Assembly (NCBI RefSeq): GCF_032062105.1 | Contig: NW_026937075.1 | Coordinates: 434,001-498,000 of the forward strand | Direction of reading: 5' to 3' | Source: Saccostrea cucullata | Taxonomy: Eukaryota | Length of the DNA: 64,000 nt | Shown: piece by piece, positions 10,813 to 21,444 of the stretch | How positions within the stretch are numbered: the stretch's first letter is position 1 | Layout: the number at the start of each line of letters is the position of its first letter | Notes under the pieces: model-generated | The model's database searches: none | The model's input: only the letters and a program-made list of their open reading frames with translations | What the model was told of the DNA's origin: nothing | Position numbers and translations under genes: made by a program

Positions 10813-11821
10813 AGTAACTGTATTTGACCTTAAAGGTCAAGGTTAGATTAGTTCATCCACCTCCACCTTTGTATAGTGAATCTAGTCAGTAGCATTGCTG
10901 TACGAAGTCTCTGAAATATTTCACCATTGAGAAATTAAAGATAAAAAAAAATGATCTATGCAATTTATGAAATTAAAATTTTATTTTAGTAGGCCCATAT
11001 TTAATTTTTTATGCAGTGTGCCTTTAGTATTGTGTATAAATATTTGTGTATATGTTCCGACAGCAACACTATACATGGAGTTTGTATTATTAAATCAGAA
11101 GAAATGTTATGAAGTGACTTTTATAACAAGTGTAAGATGATTTCAATGGGTTTTTTTTCCAACCCATTTTTCTGTATCTTTGAACAATATTAAACTAGCA
11201 TTTGAACCATTCCTGTGCCTTTCTTTATGTAGTTTAAGGTTGTACATGTATATGCTTTCCAGTGTTTCTGTGATATTTTTAGATGCATTTTTATATTTAC
11301 ACCTGTTGAGAAAGATATTTTAATGGAATTTTAAAGGTATAAATTAAAATGTGTATGTTTATTGTGAATTCTTTTTGTTGGCATTTTTTGATATTTATTA
11401 TTTATGTAATATGGTAAAATTAACAATGTATTTCACACTATTATACTTAAAACAATGGTTGACTGTATGAAAATGTAATTACTGTGCTTGATGAAAAAAA
11501 TTTGATTTCTGTAGCACCAAAGGTGGAAGGAACAGCATTACAGTGTAATTCTAGTTGATTGGTGTAAAATAAAAAGCAGTTCAATGTTGATGAATTTAAT
11601 CATTTTAGATTTGTCCATTTTCATACTGAACATTAACCTCATACTTAGTAACATATAGCCACATCAAGTAAATAAATGATTGTTATTTCACAGACTTTAT
11701 TTCATTTTTAGTTCAATTAAATTCCAAAATAATTTTTCTAGTTTTGTTCTCTATCTAAAGAACATTTTCTTTCAGTTTATGCCGATATTTTTGATCACCA
11801 GACGAGAAACTACATGTATTT

Positions 11822-13015
11822 TCATTCGTCATCATCATCGTCACTAGAATCATCGGAAGACAAAATGACTGGCTGAAGGTCAGGACGGAAGTTGTCTGCT
11901 GTTGTCACGAGATCACGTGAACTGAAATCGAGGTTGATCTTTTTGAAAGTCAAACTTTTGAGTTCTAAGTTCCCTACGTGCCGGTTATATTCGTCCTCCG
12001 GTGTTCCGGGTACAGGGTCGTATCTATTTTCATACATTTCTTTCATGGCTGCCCGAAGCCTTAGAGTGTAGTAATCCCGATCTTCAATATCATCGACAAC
12101 GAACTCGTTTAGAGAGTCTACAAACTCTTTAATTTTGTCATCGTAATTAAGAGACTTGATAGCTTTTAATTGAAGGTCTACAATGTCTATTTTCTTCTCA
12201 TCTTCAAAGAAGCTTGACGATTTCTTCCTGTGATTTTCGGTTTCAGATACCCGCTGTTTTGCGGTTGCCTCTTGCGTTACCTGTAGCAACAGTGAAGGTT
12301 TGCAAGTATGTGGTCGTGTCTTGTTTTTCGGTAATTTATCCAAAGTCGCATGCATAAGTTTATTTTCTGGACTCTTCCCTTTTGTAGAAATATTCATAAG
12401 AATGGGTTTTGTAATAGACAGGGTTTTAACGCCGACTTCAATCTGTCGCGGTAATGGGTTACTTCCCGTGGTTGATGGTCGTTCTGAAGGTTTTGGTTGA
12501 AGAAGTGACCCTGATGTCATGCCAGTGGACCTTGACGCCATACCTTCTGTGATGGAGTTGCTCCTGCGCCGAGGACCTTTGTCCTCCACAAATACGTCAT
12601 CGATAAGACCATTATTCTCAACCTTTGACGTTGTAACCTTTATTGCTGGTGGTTTCTTTTGCTTGTTTTGTTTTTTATCCGTCCTTTTTCTATTATTTTG
12701 AAGCTTTGTGAGGAATTCGTAATCTTTTTCGGCGCTTCCAAAATCAGTGTTTAGTCCATGATGATGCTTGGCGCGCAGTACCCTCTCGGTTTCCTTGTTT
12801 CCGTGCAGACGAGCCTCGCATAGCTTAGATCTGTAGAGTTTATCCTGGAATCTTTTAAACAACACTTTCTGGTCTATCTTGATTCTGTGAATCACATTCT
12901 TCTCGCTTCTCTCCAGAACATGCATTTGTTTCTTTAACAAAATGTTCTCCTTCCAGTTTGCATAATGCACTGATGGTGATTTCTCCGCAGTGTCCCCTGC
13001 CTTCCATCCTGGCAT
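11822..13015 (-). CDS. Uncharacterised 397-aa protein: N-terminal coiled coil, Lys/Ser/Pro-rich disordered middle, acidic tail; single coding exon
   Basis: A 1.2-kb uninterrupted ORF in AT-rich DNA with first ATG at 13015 (MPGWKAG...). It has a heptad-like stretch ENILLKKQMHVLERSEKNVIHRIKIDQKVLF and ends SSDDSSDDDDDE. A possible splice acceptor (ACTAAT...TTTAG) opens an exon at 13045, in frame. Confidence 0.8.
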   Translation of the reverse strand: MPGWKAGDTAEKSPSVHYANWKENILLKKQMHVLERSEKNVIHRIKIDQKVLFKRFQDKLYRSKLCEARLHGNKETERVLRAKHHHGLNTDFGSAEKDYEFLTKLQNNRKRTDKKQNKQKKPPAIKVTTSKVENNGLIDDVFVEDKGPRRRSNSITEGMASRSTGMTSGSLLQPKPSERPSTTGSNPLPRQIEVGVKTLSITKPILMNISTKGKSPENKLMHATLDKLPKNKTRPHTCKPSLLLQVTQEATAKQRVSETENHRKKSSSFFEDEKKIDIVDLQLKAIKSLNYDDKIKEFVDSLNEFVVDDIEDRDYYTLRLRAAMKEMYENRYDPVPGTPEDEYNRHVGNLELKSLTFKKINLDFSSRDLVTTADNFRPDLQPVILSSDDSSDDDDDE

Positions 13016-13405
13016 GTTGAAGCTCTCCGGGCTTCGCAAAATTTGCTAAACATTTGTACATTAGTTTCTTAAATCAGCTGTATAATCTTATGGTCTATAA
13101 CCAAATTGGAAACCTTTGTTTCTTATCGTGCAAAACGAATGTATTCATTCCACTTTCATTTAATTTATGCGGCCATGGAAGTTCAATGATAACAACTTCT
13201 TTCACGTACTTTTAATTATCTTTAAGTCAACATGACTACGATATGCCTCGAAAAACTGCCGATCTACAGCCTTCTAGAAGTGTGCACTTGGTGTTTTACA
13301 CTTCTGCTGCGTGCTTTCAGACATACAAAAACAGACTTAAGCAAAAAAATCTCAAAGTTCTATTATTGATTATCTTTTCTTTGAATTTATATGTTGCAAT
13401 TAATC

Positions 13406-15019
13406 TTATTTCCAGCATTTTTGAAGAAGAATGCAAACAAGTAGTAACCAAACATTTATCAAACTTAATCCACTGTTTGATTGTATTGAGCTATTCGAAT
13501 CGAACGTTCCCGGGCACCTTACGTTTCTCTCCGTCCGATTACAAAATGTGTTTAATTGTGCTGCCAGTTTAGTACTTCCAAGTTCATATACAGTGTTATT
13601 CAGCCAGCAGGAGCCTGTTAATCCCATGCCAAAAATAGTACCACTGTGCAAAATTTCTTCTATTTTACAGTCGCATTCGAGTGGATTTCCAGAGACGTCG
13701 ACATAACGAAACGAACACGACGGAGCGCTGACGATGAATGAAATGTCGGATAAATTATTGTTGTCCAGGTCGAGGCCGATTGGATTCCGGAGCCTTGAGA
13801 AGGCCGAGGAAGAAATGTTCTGTAAACTATTGTTGCTCATAACAAGAGTTTGGACGGACAAGACAGAGAGATCGGAATCAAATGTTTTACTAGAAAAATG
13901 ATTGTGAGAAATATCCAAGTATGATAACATTTTCAGGGGCGATAATGCTGCTACGGGAATTCCGGACACCCCAATGTCTCTGAGAAACAGAGTTTCTAGG
14001 GAATGTTCTAAGCCTTGAAACGTATCTGCGCTAAACTCTAAAGGATTACTGTCGAGCTCTAACATATTTAATGCGTATTCGCCATGAAAAGCGTGTTCGA
14101 TTGTTCTAATGTTATTTTTCGAAATTCTCAAAAACAGAAGCTTCCTCAATGGCCTTAGGGCAGCTGTCGGTATTTGACTAAGATAGTTTGAAGAAAGTTC
14201 AAGCTCTTTAAGGCTGCCTTCTAATCCTGCGAACGCTCCAGCCTCTATCGAAGACAACTCATTGTAGTTAAGTATTATTTCTTCCAAATGTACTAAAGTT
14301 ACAAAGCTGTTTGCGTCTACGGTTATTATGTCATTCCCACCAAGAAATATCCTCTGCATATTTTGCAGTTGTAAAATTGCAGAAGGTACTTTTTCCAGAT
14401 AATTATATGTCAAATCAAGTTCCCGTAACGATCCCAATCCAATAAATGCCCGCGGTCCTATTGCTGTAATACTACACGATCTCAAACTCAGCTTGCGAAG
14501 CGAATGTAGCCTCAATTCTCTGAAAATATCATTTGGAAGAATCTGGGAATAGGTTTGGTAATTAAGTATCATATTTGAATCCAAAATAAGTTCTGTTAAA
14601 ATGCTTAGATTCTTTATGAACATTAATCCTTCATTGATGGTGATTCGATTTCGTGCCAAATTAAGCTTTGTCAATTCCCCCGCGAGATGAGAGAGCGTTC
14701 CTATGCCCTCGGCCTGTAACTTGTTTGTGCTTAAGTCCAGTTCCATTATATTCCAAACGTCAAAATCAGATATGGATAGTGTAGAGATGTCATTTCCGTT
14801 CAGTAAGAGCCTTGTCACGTTTTGTTTTGACAGGGATGATAAATTAGGCATCATTTTTAGATTTGTGAAGCTGCAGTTGACGATGGATATCCTTTCATTG
14901 TTCCACCAGACGATCTCGTGGCACGTGCATGATGTCTGCTTCTCCAGAACGGGACAGCGAAAGACAGCCTGGGTGAAGAGGAACACCAGCGAAGCGGCCA
15001 CAAAGTGCAACAAAATCAT
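13406..15019 (-). CDS. Extracellular leucine-rich-repeat protein (537 aa): signal peptide, LRRNT, roughly 14 LRRs, LRRCT, C-terminal hydrophobic (GPI-like) tail
   Basis: MILLHFVAASLVFLFTQAVF is a signal peptide and CP......CTC..........VNCS an N-cap. LxxLxLxxNxI/L repeats follow (e.g. LRELDLTYNYL, LKELELSSNYL), then a GNPLECDC C-cap and the tail NSSIQSNSGLSLINVWLLLVCILLQKCWK. The acceptor TTTTCAG just upstream (exon starts 15030) indicates the ORF-track start at 15091 is intronic. Confidence 0.9.
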   Translation of the reverse strand: MILLHFVAASLVFLFTQAVFRCPVLEKQTSCTCHEIVWWNNERISIVNCSFTNLKMMPNLSSLSKQNVTRLLLNGNDISTLSISDFDVWNIMELDLSTNKLQAEGIGTLSHLAGELTKLNLARNRITINEGLMFIKNLSILTELILDSNMILNYQTYSQILPNDIFRELRLHSLRKLSLRSCSITAIGPRAFIGLGSLRELDLTYNYLEKVPSAILQLQNMQRIFLGGNDIITVDANSFVTLVHLEEIILNYNELSSIEAGAFAGLEGSLKELELSSNYLSQIPTAALRPLRKLLFLRISKNNIRTIEHAFHGEYALNMLELDSNPLEFSADTFQGLEHSLETLFLRDIGVSGIPVAALSPLKMLSYLDISHNHFSSKTFDSDLSVLSVQTLVMSNNSLQNISSSAFSRLRNPIGLDLDNNNLSDISFIVSAPSCSFRYVDVSGNPLECDCKIEEILHSGTIFGMGLTGSCWLNNTVYELGSTKLAAQLNTFCNRTERNVRCPGTFDSNSSIQSNSGLSLINVWLLLVCILLQKCWK

Positions 15020-15665
15020 TGTCTGTGGGTCTGAAAACAAGCAAAGTGAGCAGTTATCTACTGACAGACGGATGGACAAATTTATTATCACATTTAAATC
15101 TTTTTTGTTCTTTTGAATTGGTTTTAAAATAAAGGACTTACTCTCTGTCGCCTTTTATTGATGTCTAGCAAATACCCACCAAGTACAAATCCATTTCTCC
15201 ATTAAAGTATATAGCTGTAATTTGATATACTGAGAAATAAAGTACAGTCATTGTTAGAGGTATTATATTAATAAAGTTATGTATATTATCTTTTTACGAT
15301 ATTTTACGGCAAAAATAAATATTTTACAATTAGTATTAAATTGTTTGTCCGTTATCTATGCATGCACTGAAGAAAAAAAAAGTATCAATTTCAAACTGAA
15401 AGGTTATCGAAAACATCTGGGATTAGATATACGCTTTGGTTTTAAATTGTTGTGCTGCACTTTCTTTCCTACCATATTCTAACTCATCAATAGCATATTG
15501 CCATAGAACATGTAGTGCGAAAAAAAATTAAGATATTATTTTTACTCAGATTTCATTGACCTTACAAATTTCGTTAAAAGTAGTAGCTTCAGAACTGTAC
15601 ATAGCGTTATGTTTTATTTTTAAGGTGCCTCAGCCCAACTCTCTATCTTTCTTACCCAAATGTTT

Positions 15666-15696
15666 GTATGTATGTATGTATGTATGTATGTATGTA
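15666..15696. repeat. (GTAT)n microsatellite
   Basis: About 8 tandem GTAT units. Confidence 0.9.
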
Positions 15697-16924
15697 TAAC
15701 TGACATGACAAAAATAGTCTTTCTCTGAATAAACTTGAGTTTACGAAAAATATGGTCAAATACAAAAAAAAAAAAAAAAAAATAATAATAAAAACCATAA
15801 CGCCATGGTTCTCTAGCTGCATGTGTACAGGGTGATCAATATATTCTTTTTCGAATTAGTGTCAATTTAATGAATAATTAGAAATTATATGACAAAAAAT
15901 AACAAATTGTTTTTTGCAGATGAGATTATGTCTACAATGCTTACCTTTGTCGTGTGGTCATAAAATTCCCCCGTCACACGTGCGCGTGTCTTTGCACGCG
16001 CAGAACTCGTATACATTTAGTAATCGTAGTTTTTGAACTCTTAGGGAGTCTCGTTCACATGCGGCGGTGATTTAGAAACCATCATCGGGGAAAAAATCTG
16101 AAATATCCGATGTGAATGTTTCCCATCTGTTACCAAGTTTCAGAAAACAACATTAAAAAACGTGCATTAAGAAGCATGCAACCGTTACATTTTATTAATG
16201 AATTGTGATTTCTCTGATTTTATTTTTCATATCCCCCATTCAACTGTTGTGTGTTTTAAAGAATATTAATAAATTCCCCTGAAGTTCACAGTAAACGCGC
16301 ACTTGCATGCACAGAGACCGTGGTAAAATATAACATCCGTCGTCGTAAGATTCCAGTTGCATCCAATCCGAAGTTATTATTCTCTTTGAAGGAAAACCAA
16401 TAACTTTTCTTCAGGGCAAAAAATATTCTGACAAATGGGAAGGCGTAACAGGGTTCATTTAACTTTGAATATGTTATAGTGTTTTAATATTTAAAGAGCT
16501 GTATGCCGTCCGTAAATTAATGTTTTCATAATGACTGATTGATGAAACCAAAAAAGTTTTATATTTTTAATATGAATTTTATTGTTTTATGGCACAAAAA
16601 GAAAATCAATGTTATCATAATTCCACCGATCAAACGAGGCTTTTGGAGATGTACGAGATCAGGAGACTCTGATTGGACGGTTCTTTGAGGTAGAAGTGAC
16701 CACCAGGCAAAAACTGAACTGTCTTCTCTCCCGAAGTTATGTCCTTCCAAGCTAAAATGAATGAAATAAAAAGGAAATATACAATCAAGCTCAATCAACG
16801 CACACAAAAATATAGACCAACAAATCTTGAAAATGAATATTAAGTTTGAGTTGGTGGAAGTCTGTGATAAATAATTCCCAACACGTCACTTGTTTTGACG
16901 CTTTGTTTGTTTCTTGGGATACCG

Positions 16925-17730
16925 TATATAAAACCATAACGCTACAAATCTGCAGCTTGTTCTTGGGTCCGACAAAACGCATGTTGCTCTCGAATCCAGT
17001 CAGTAAATGTTTTGTTAATAAGGAACACTGACATTTTTAAGATGGTTTGCAAAACTTGCAAACACAGATTGAGAAATGTTATATAGAAGTCCATTTGTCA
17101 TAGTTTTAGTCAAATTTGTCTTTGACCATAACGCTACAGATACCGTAATGCAAAAAAGGTGCAATTTACGGCGAAAGATTTTTTGCGTACTTTTGGGGAC
17201 AATTTCTCCACTTTCCAGCATTGATCAATTAACTACCTTTCACTTCCTAATTCTAGGCACATTATTTAAATAATCTGTATATTTTATCCATCTCCCAACC
17301 CTTTATAGTCGTTTCTACAAGTGATAAACTCGCTTGATTAAAATTATATGTTAGATTGCTGAAAATTCACTTCAAGCGAGTTTATTGCTTGTAGAGACAA
17401 CTATAAATGGTTGGGAGGTGGATAAAATATACAGGTTGGCTACAGAATGTATTTATAATTAGGGAGTGAAAGGTAGTTGATTGACCAATTCTAGAAAGTG
17501 GAGAAATTCTCCCCAAAAGTGCGCAAAAAATCTTACGCCGTAAATTGCACCTTTATTGCATTACGGGATCTGTAGCTTTATGGTCAAAGACAAATACATG
17601 TATATATAAAACCATAACGCTACAGATCTGCAGCTAACCCAAGAACCAAACGCCGAAGGCAAAAAATTTGGTTCGAGGGTCGACAAAACGCATTTTGCCC
17701 AAGAACACAGTCAATGAATGTTTTGTTATA
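16925..17730. mobile_element. Composite foldback element: ~225-bp inverted arms (17114-17337 / 17372-17595) bracketed by direct repeats (16925-17020 / 17602-17730)
   Basis: ATTTGTCTTTGACCATAA...ATAAACTCGCTTGA pairs with TCAAGCGAGTTTAT...TTATGGTCAAAGACAAAT. Both flanks carry TATATAAAACCATAACGCTACA.ATCTGCAGCT...CGACAAAACGCAT...CAGTCA.T.AATGTTTTGTTA. Confidence 0.75.
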
Positions 17731-18676
17731 CTTTTTATTTTTTATTTTTTTTGACATGAATGAATCTTGTACTGTGATGTAACTTGTGGTTTAACTCGGA
17801 CAACTCCGTTACTGTCGAACACCAAAAAATGCAAATGAGATCTGGCTCCGCGCATTGTGTGACGTACATGTAAGCGGTCCAACATCTCATCGACAGGTCC
17901 AACATCTCAATCAGAGGTAGAGCATCGAATTTTTAAGACCGCTCAGTAAAACTTTAGAAAATATTATATTTTTGTTCGTATAGATTTGTAGAGGAACAAT
18001 TTTTGAAAATCGAATAAAAACTGCATGTTTTGTAGAAGTTCTCAGACGATAAAGCAAGGCATCACCCATTTTTAAAGAGAGACTTTCACGTACAGTCTGT
18101 AAAAATGCTGTATTTAAATAATGTCGTTAATTTTTCTTACCCTCTAAATTGTGTTTAGCATCATCTTCACCATCGAATAAATGGAGAGGACAGGAGAAGG
18201 GCGGATCTGGCCCTACTGGAGAACTAAACATCAAAAAAATAAGTTCAGCTGATCATGTGATAAGAAAATAACTACTGGAAAAGGCTTTCTTAAAAAATGG
18301 AAATTATTATTTTTGCATGTATAATTATTTTTTTCTTACTCGAAGCCCCCCATCATGATGTAGTCGGCTCTGAGTGGGGGGAGAAAAAGTTTCATCATCT
18401 CGGGATCTGATAGCACCTGCTCAGGCGTTCCACCTATATGAGGGTACAATGTTAAGTTATTGGTTCAAGTGTTTTTAAATATAGTTGCCGGAAAAAAAAT
18501 TGCTGCATGATATTCTCAATAGGTACTTATGGTCGTCTAAAAAAATGTTCGCCGGGCTTTGTCCTGACAGGCTGAAAAAAATGCATACCCAACTTTTTCA
18601 GAAACTCTACAAATTCTGCATCAGTCATATCTTTCACGTTAGGTTCAGAGCGTGTCCTCTCGGGGGCCTGAAACAA

Positions 18677-18770
18677 AACATTACATTAATTGTATGAAGT
18701 TAATTTTTCTATCGTTTAGATCAAACATTACATTAATTGTATGAAGTTAATTTTTCTATCGTTTAGATCA
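18677..18770. repeat. Near-perfect ~46-bp tandem duplication
   Basis: AAACATTACATTAATTGTATGAAGTTAATTTTTCTATCGTTTAGATC occurs twice in tandem. Confidence 0.9.
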
Positions 18771-19251
18771 GACAGAATTTTATTTACTAACATGTGGTGC
18801 AGAAATTCCAGAGCAAAACATCCTCACTGGCTCCTTGTTGTATTCTTTTTTCATCAACAGAGCTGTCTCAAAACTAAACAGTGCACCCATACTGAAGAGA
18901 AAGTTCAATCGAACTTTAAAGTGCATATTCTATCATTATAGGTACAGTACGACAAAAATTAACTTGATGATTATCATATGATACCGTCCTTTTCTATTAA
19001 AAAGAATATATTTTAGTTTCAAATATAAATGAAAATTTTGCAAATTTTCTTAAGTTTGAATCAACATTACATAATCTAATGTGCATTTACCTATGTCCCC
19101 AAAATATAAGATCTTTGGTGCTGTATTTGTTGTAGATAGCTGAGCATGTCTCCTGTACGATCTGTTTAGCGTCTGTGTTACAGGGTTCCCGGAATCGAGA
19201 CTCGCGGCCGGGGAGAGTGATTCCACAAACTAAAGGGTAAACAGATACTTG

Positions 19252-19596
19252 ATTAGCTAACCTGAGTCAAAAGTTTATATTTCATGTCCCTGGAAGATTC
19301 GGGGTTATTTAGTTTTTAACATGTCTGTCTGTTTGTCCACAAAAAACTTAAACCATGTCCATAACTTTTGAGTGGGTGGGGCTATGGTTTCATATTTCAC
19401 AGATGTACCCCTTGTGAGAAGACCTTTCTAAGGGTACCGCCAAATTTGACCTCGTGTCCTTGACCTTCGAGTTTGACCCACTTTCACCAAAAAAATTCCG
19501 AACTTAGACCTTGGCCATAACTTTTGAATAGTTTGGCCCACTTTACTATTTAGTTTGACTGCTTACTCAGGTGAGAGTTGTGGCCCATTGGCATAT
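19252..19596 (+). mobile_element. Degenerate HINE/CvA-like element
   Basis: It begins TTAGCTAACCTGAG, contains a GTCT microsatellite and a CCATAACTTTTGA / TGACCTTGACCT core, and ends CTCAGGTGAG...GGCCCATTGGC. Confidence 0.6.
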
Positions 19597-20484
19597 GTCG
19601 GTTAACATCATCACCCAAATCAAGAGTTAAATAGCCTTTAAATAGACTTTTTTAATCTCTTACCTTCAACAAAATCAGGAGTCATTTTTCCCCATTGTGC
19701 ATAGAAGTTAGATCCTCCTCCAGCCCAAGGAAAACAGATTAGAACATAGTTTGCATCTGGTTTGGTATTCCGGCAATTAAGAAACTTGTCACCCATTCCG
19801 CACGAAAGCAACCATTCAAAGAGCTGTAATTGTCAATTAATGTTAATTAACCAAGAAATGACTAAAACGAAAACGATGATTTATAACTGATTTGGGCCGT
19901 GTAAATTCGCAAAAAAAAAGAGAGTGGGAAACATCGTCAGTATGTGAAAAAAGTCAATAATTTTTGCTCGGGGGGGGGGGCTTTTCAATACACATAAAGC
20001 TTGAATTAAATATTCTATGTTTTCGTCACAGTACATGTCACAAGTCCATAGAGCGTGGAGGGACCCTTTTTTAGGAGGAGCGTTATCATTTTATTTTCTT
20101 TATGGGATTTTTTTTAATTTGAAAAATCTAAGGATCCAAAGTTAATTGAAAGGAGTGCCAAACTGATACCAGTGTAAATGTTGCTTAAAATCTCTGCTTT
20201 CATCACTGATAACGGATGGAGTGATAATATTTTCAATCTGAATTTTCTGGATTATAGCTCTAATATTTTCAATAATTTATGCACAACAAAATTTCTAATT
20301 TTCATATAAGTATCAAGGATAAAGTTTACTATTTAAAAGTGCAAGGATGTTTCAATCAAACGCATCACGATATAAAATCAAATGTGAAATGCTATATAAA
20401 AATTTTAATAATTGAGAAAATATTAATTTCAAATCTATGTCCAGACCCCTTTAAAATCAGACTCGGTCTGATAATTGCATATCA

Positions 20485-21192
20485 AAAGAAGATGTGTTTG
20501 TGAAACACTATGCGCCTGGCGGCAACAAAATTCGGGAAAAAAACAATTTTTAGCATACAGGTCACAAGGTCAATGACCTTGGCGTCATTTAAAAATATGG
20601 AGTATGCATACCAAATATGAAGTCTCCATCTCTCATGGTATAAAAGTTATGGTGAAGGTTTTAAAAAAAGCTATATTTAGCATATATGTCACAGTCAAGG
20701 TTACAAGGTCATTGACCTTCGTGTCATTTGAAAGAGCTTTATTAGTGGAGTATGCATACTAAATATAGTCTCTATTCTTCATGGTTCAAAAGTTATGGCG
20801 AAGGTTAAAGTTTGCAGACAAAAAATATATTCTTAGCATATAGGTCACAGTCAGTGTCACAAGGTCATTCACCTTAGTGTCATTCGAAAGAACTTATGCA
20901 CACCAATTCGGGAAATATGAAGTCTCTATCTCTCATGGTATAAAAGTTATGGTGAAGGTTAAAAAAAGCTGTATTTAGCATATATGTCACAGTCAAGGTC
21001 ACAAGGTCATTGACCTTTGTGTCATTTGAAAGAGCTTTATTAGTATAGTATGCATACTAAATATGAAGTCTCTATCTTTCATGGTTCAAAAGTTATGGCG
21101 AAGGTTAAAGTTTGCAGACAAAGAGACAAACAAACAGACAAACAGGACAAAAACAATATATGCCCCGGATTTATCTATTCGGGCGCATAAAA
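20485..21192 (-). mobile_element. HINE-type element with ~150-bp internal repeats (ABAB, 300-bp dimer); inverted relative to 26846-27424
   Basis: The ends AAGATGTGTTTGTGAAACACTATGCGCC.GGCGGCAACAAA and (ACAG/ACAA)n-GGACAAAAACAATATA..CCCCGGAT.TATC.AT.CGGGCGCATAAAAA are reverse complements of the ends of the 26846 copy. Confidence 0.85.
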
Positions 21193-21358
21193 ATAATCTT
21201 GATAATTTTATTAATCGCATACATGTATGTTGACAGAAGCCGTAAAACAGAAGAACATGTTGGTGGAAGTCTATAAATAGATAAGGTGCTTCCCAAAAAA
21301 TGACATCATTGGAATTTCCTTCCATTCGAATCTCTCTTGAGTTTTCAGAAGAAGAGAA

Positions 21359-21366
21359 TGACGTCA
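21359..21366. promoter_or_regulatory. Perfect CRE palindrome ~80 bp upstream of the DELE1 ATG
   Basis: TGACGTCA at 21359-21366, with a related TGACATCA at 21301. This is a motif match only. Confidence 0.35.
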
Positions 21367-21444
21367 GGAAAGATTTAATGGTGGCAACAACATTAGAAAC
21401 TTGAAGAAGCATTGTTTTTGTTAAATATGTAGACCCAGCGAGTC

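Noticed and set aside
15020-15091. N-terminal 24-aa extension of the LRR ORF given in the ORF track
   Set aside because: It begins at a non-ATG codon and crosses a clear splice acceptor at 15031; the signal peptide starts at ATG 15019.
12300-15116. Plus-strand ORFs 12300-12500, 12519-12701, 13243-13572, 13431-13706 and 14703-15116
   Set aside because: Antisense shadows of the two real minus-strand coding exons, with no independent protein features.
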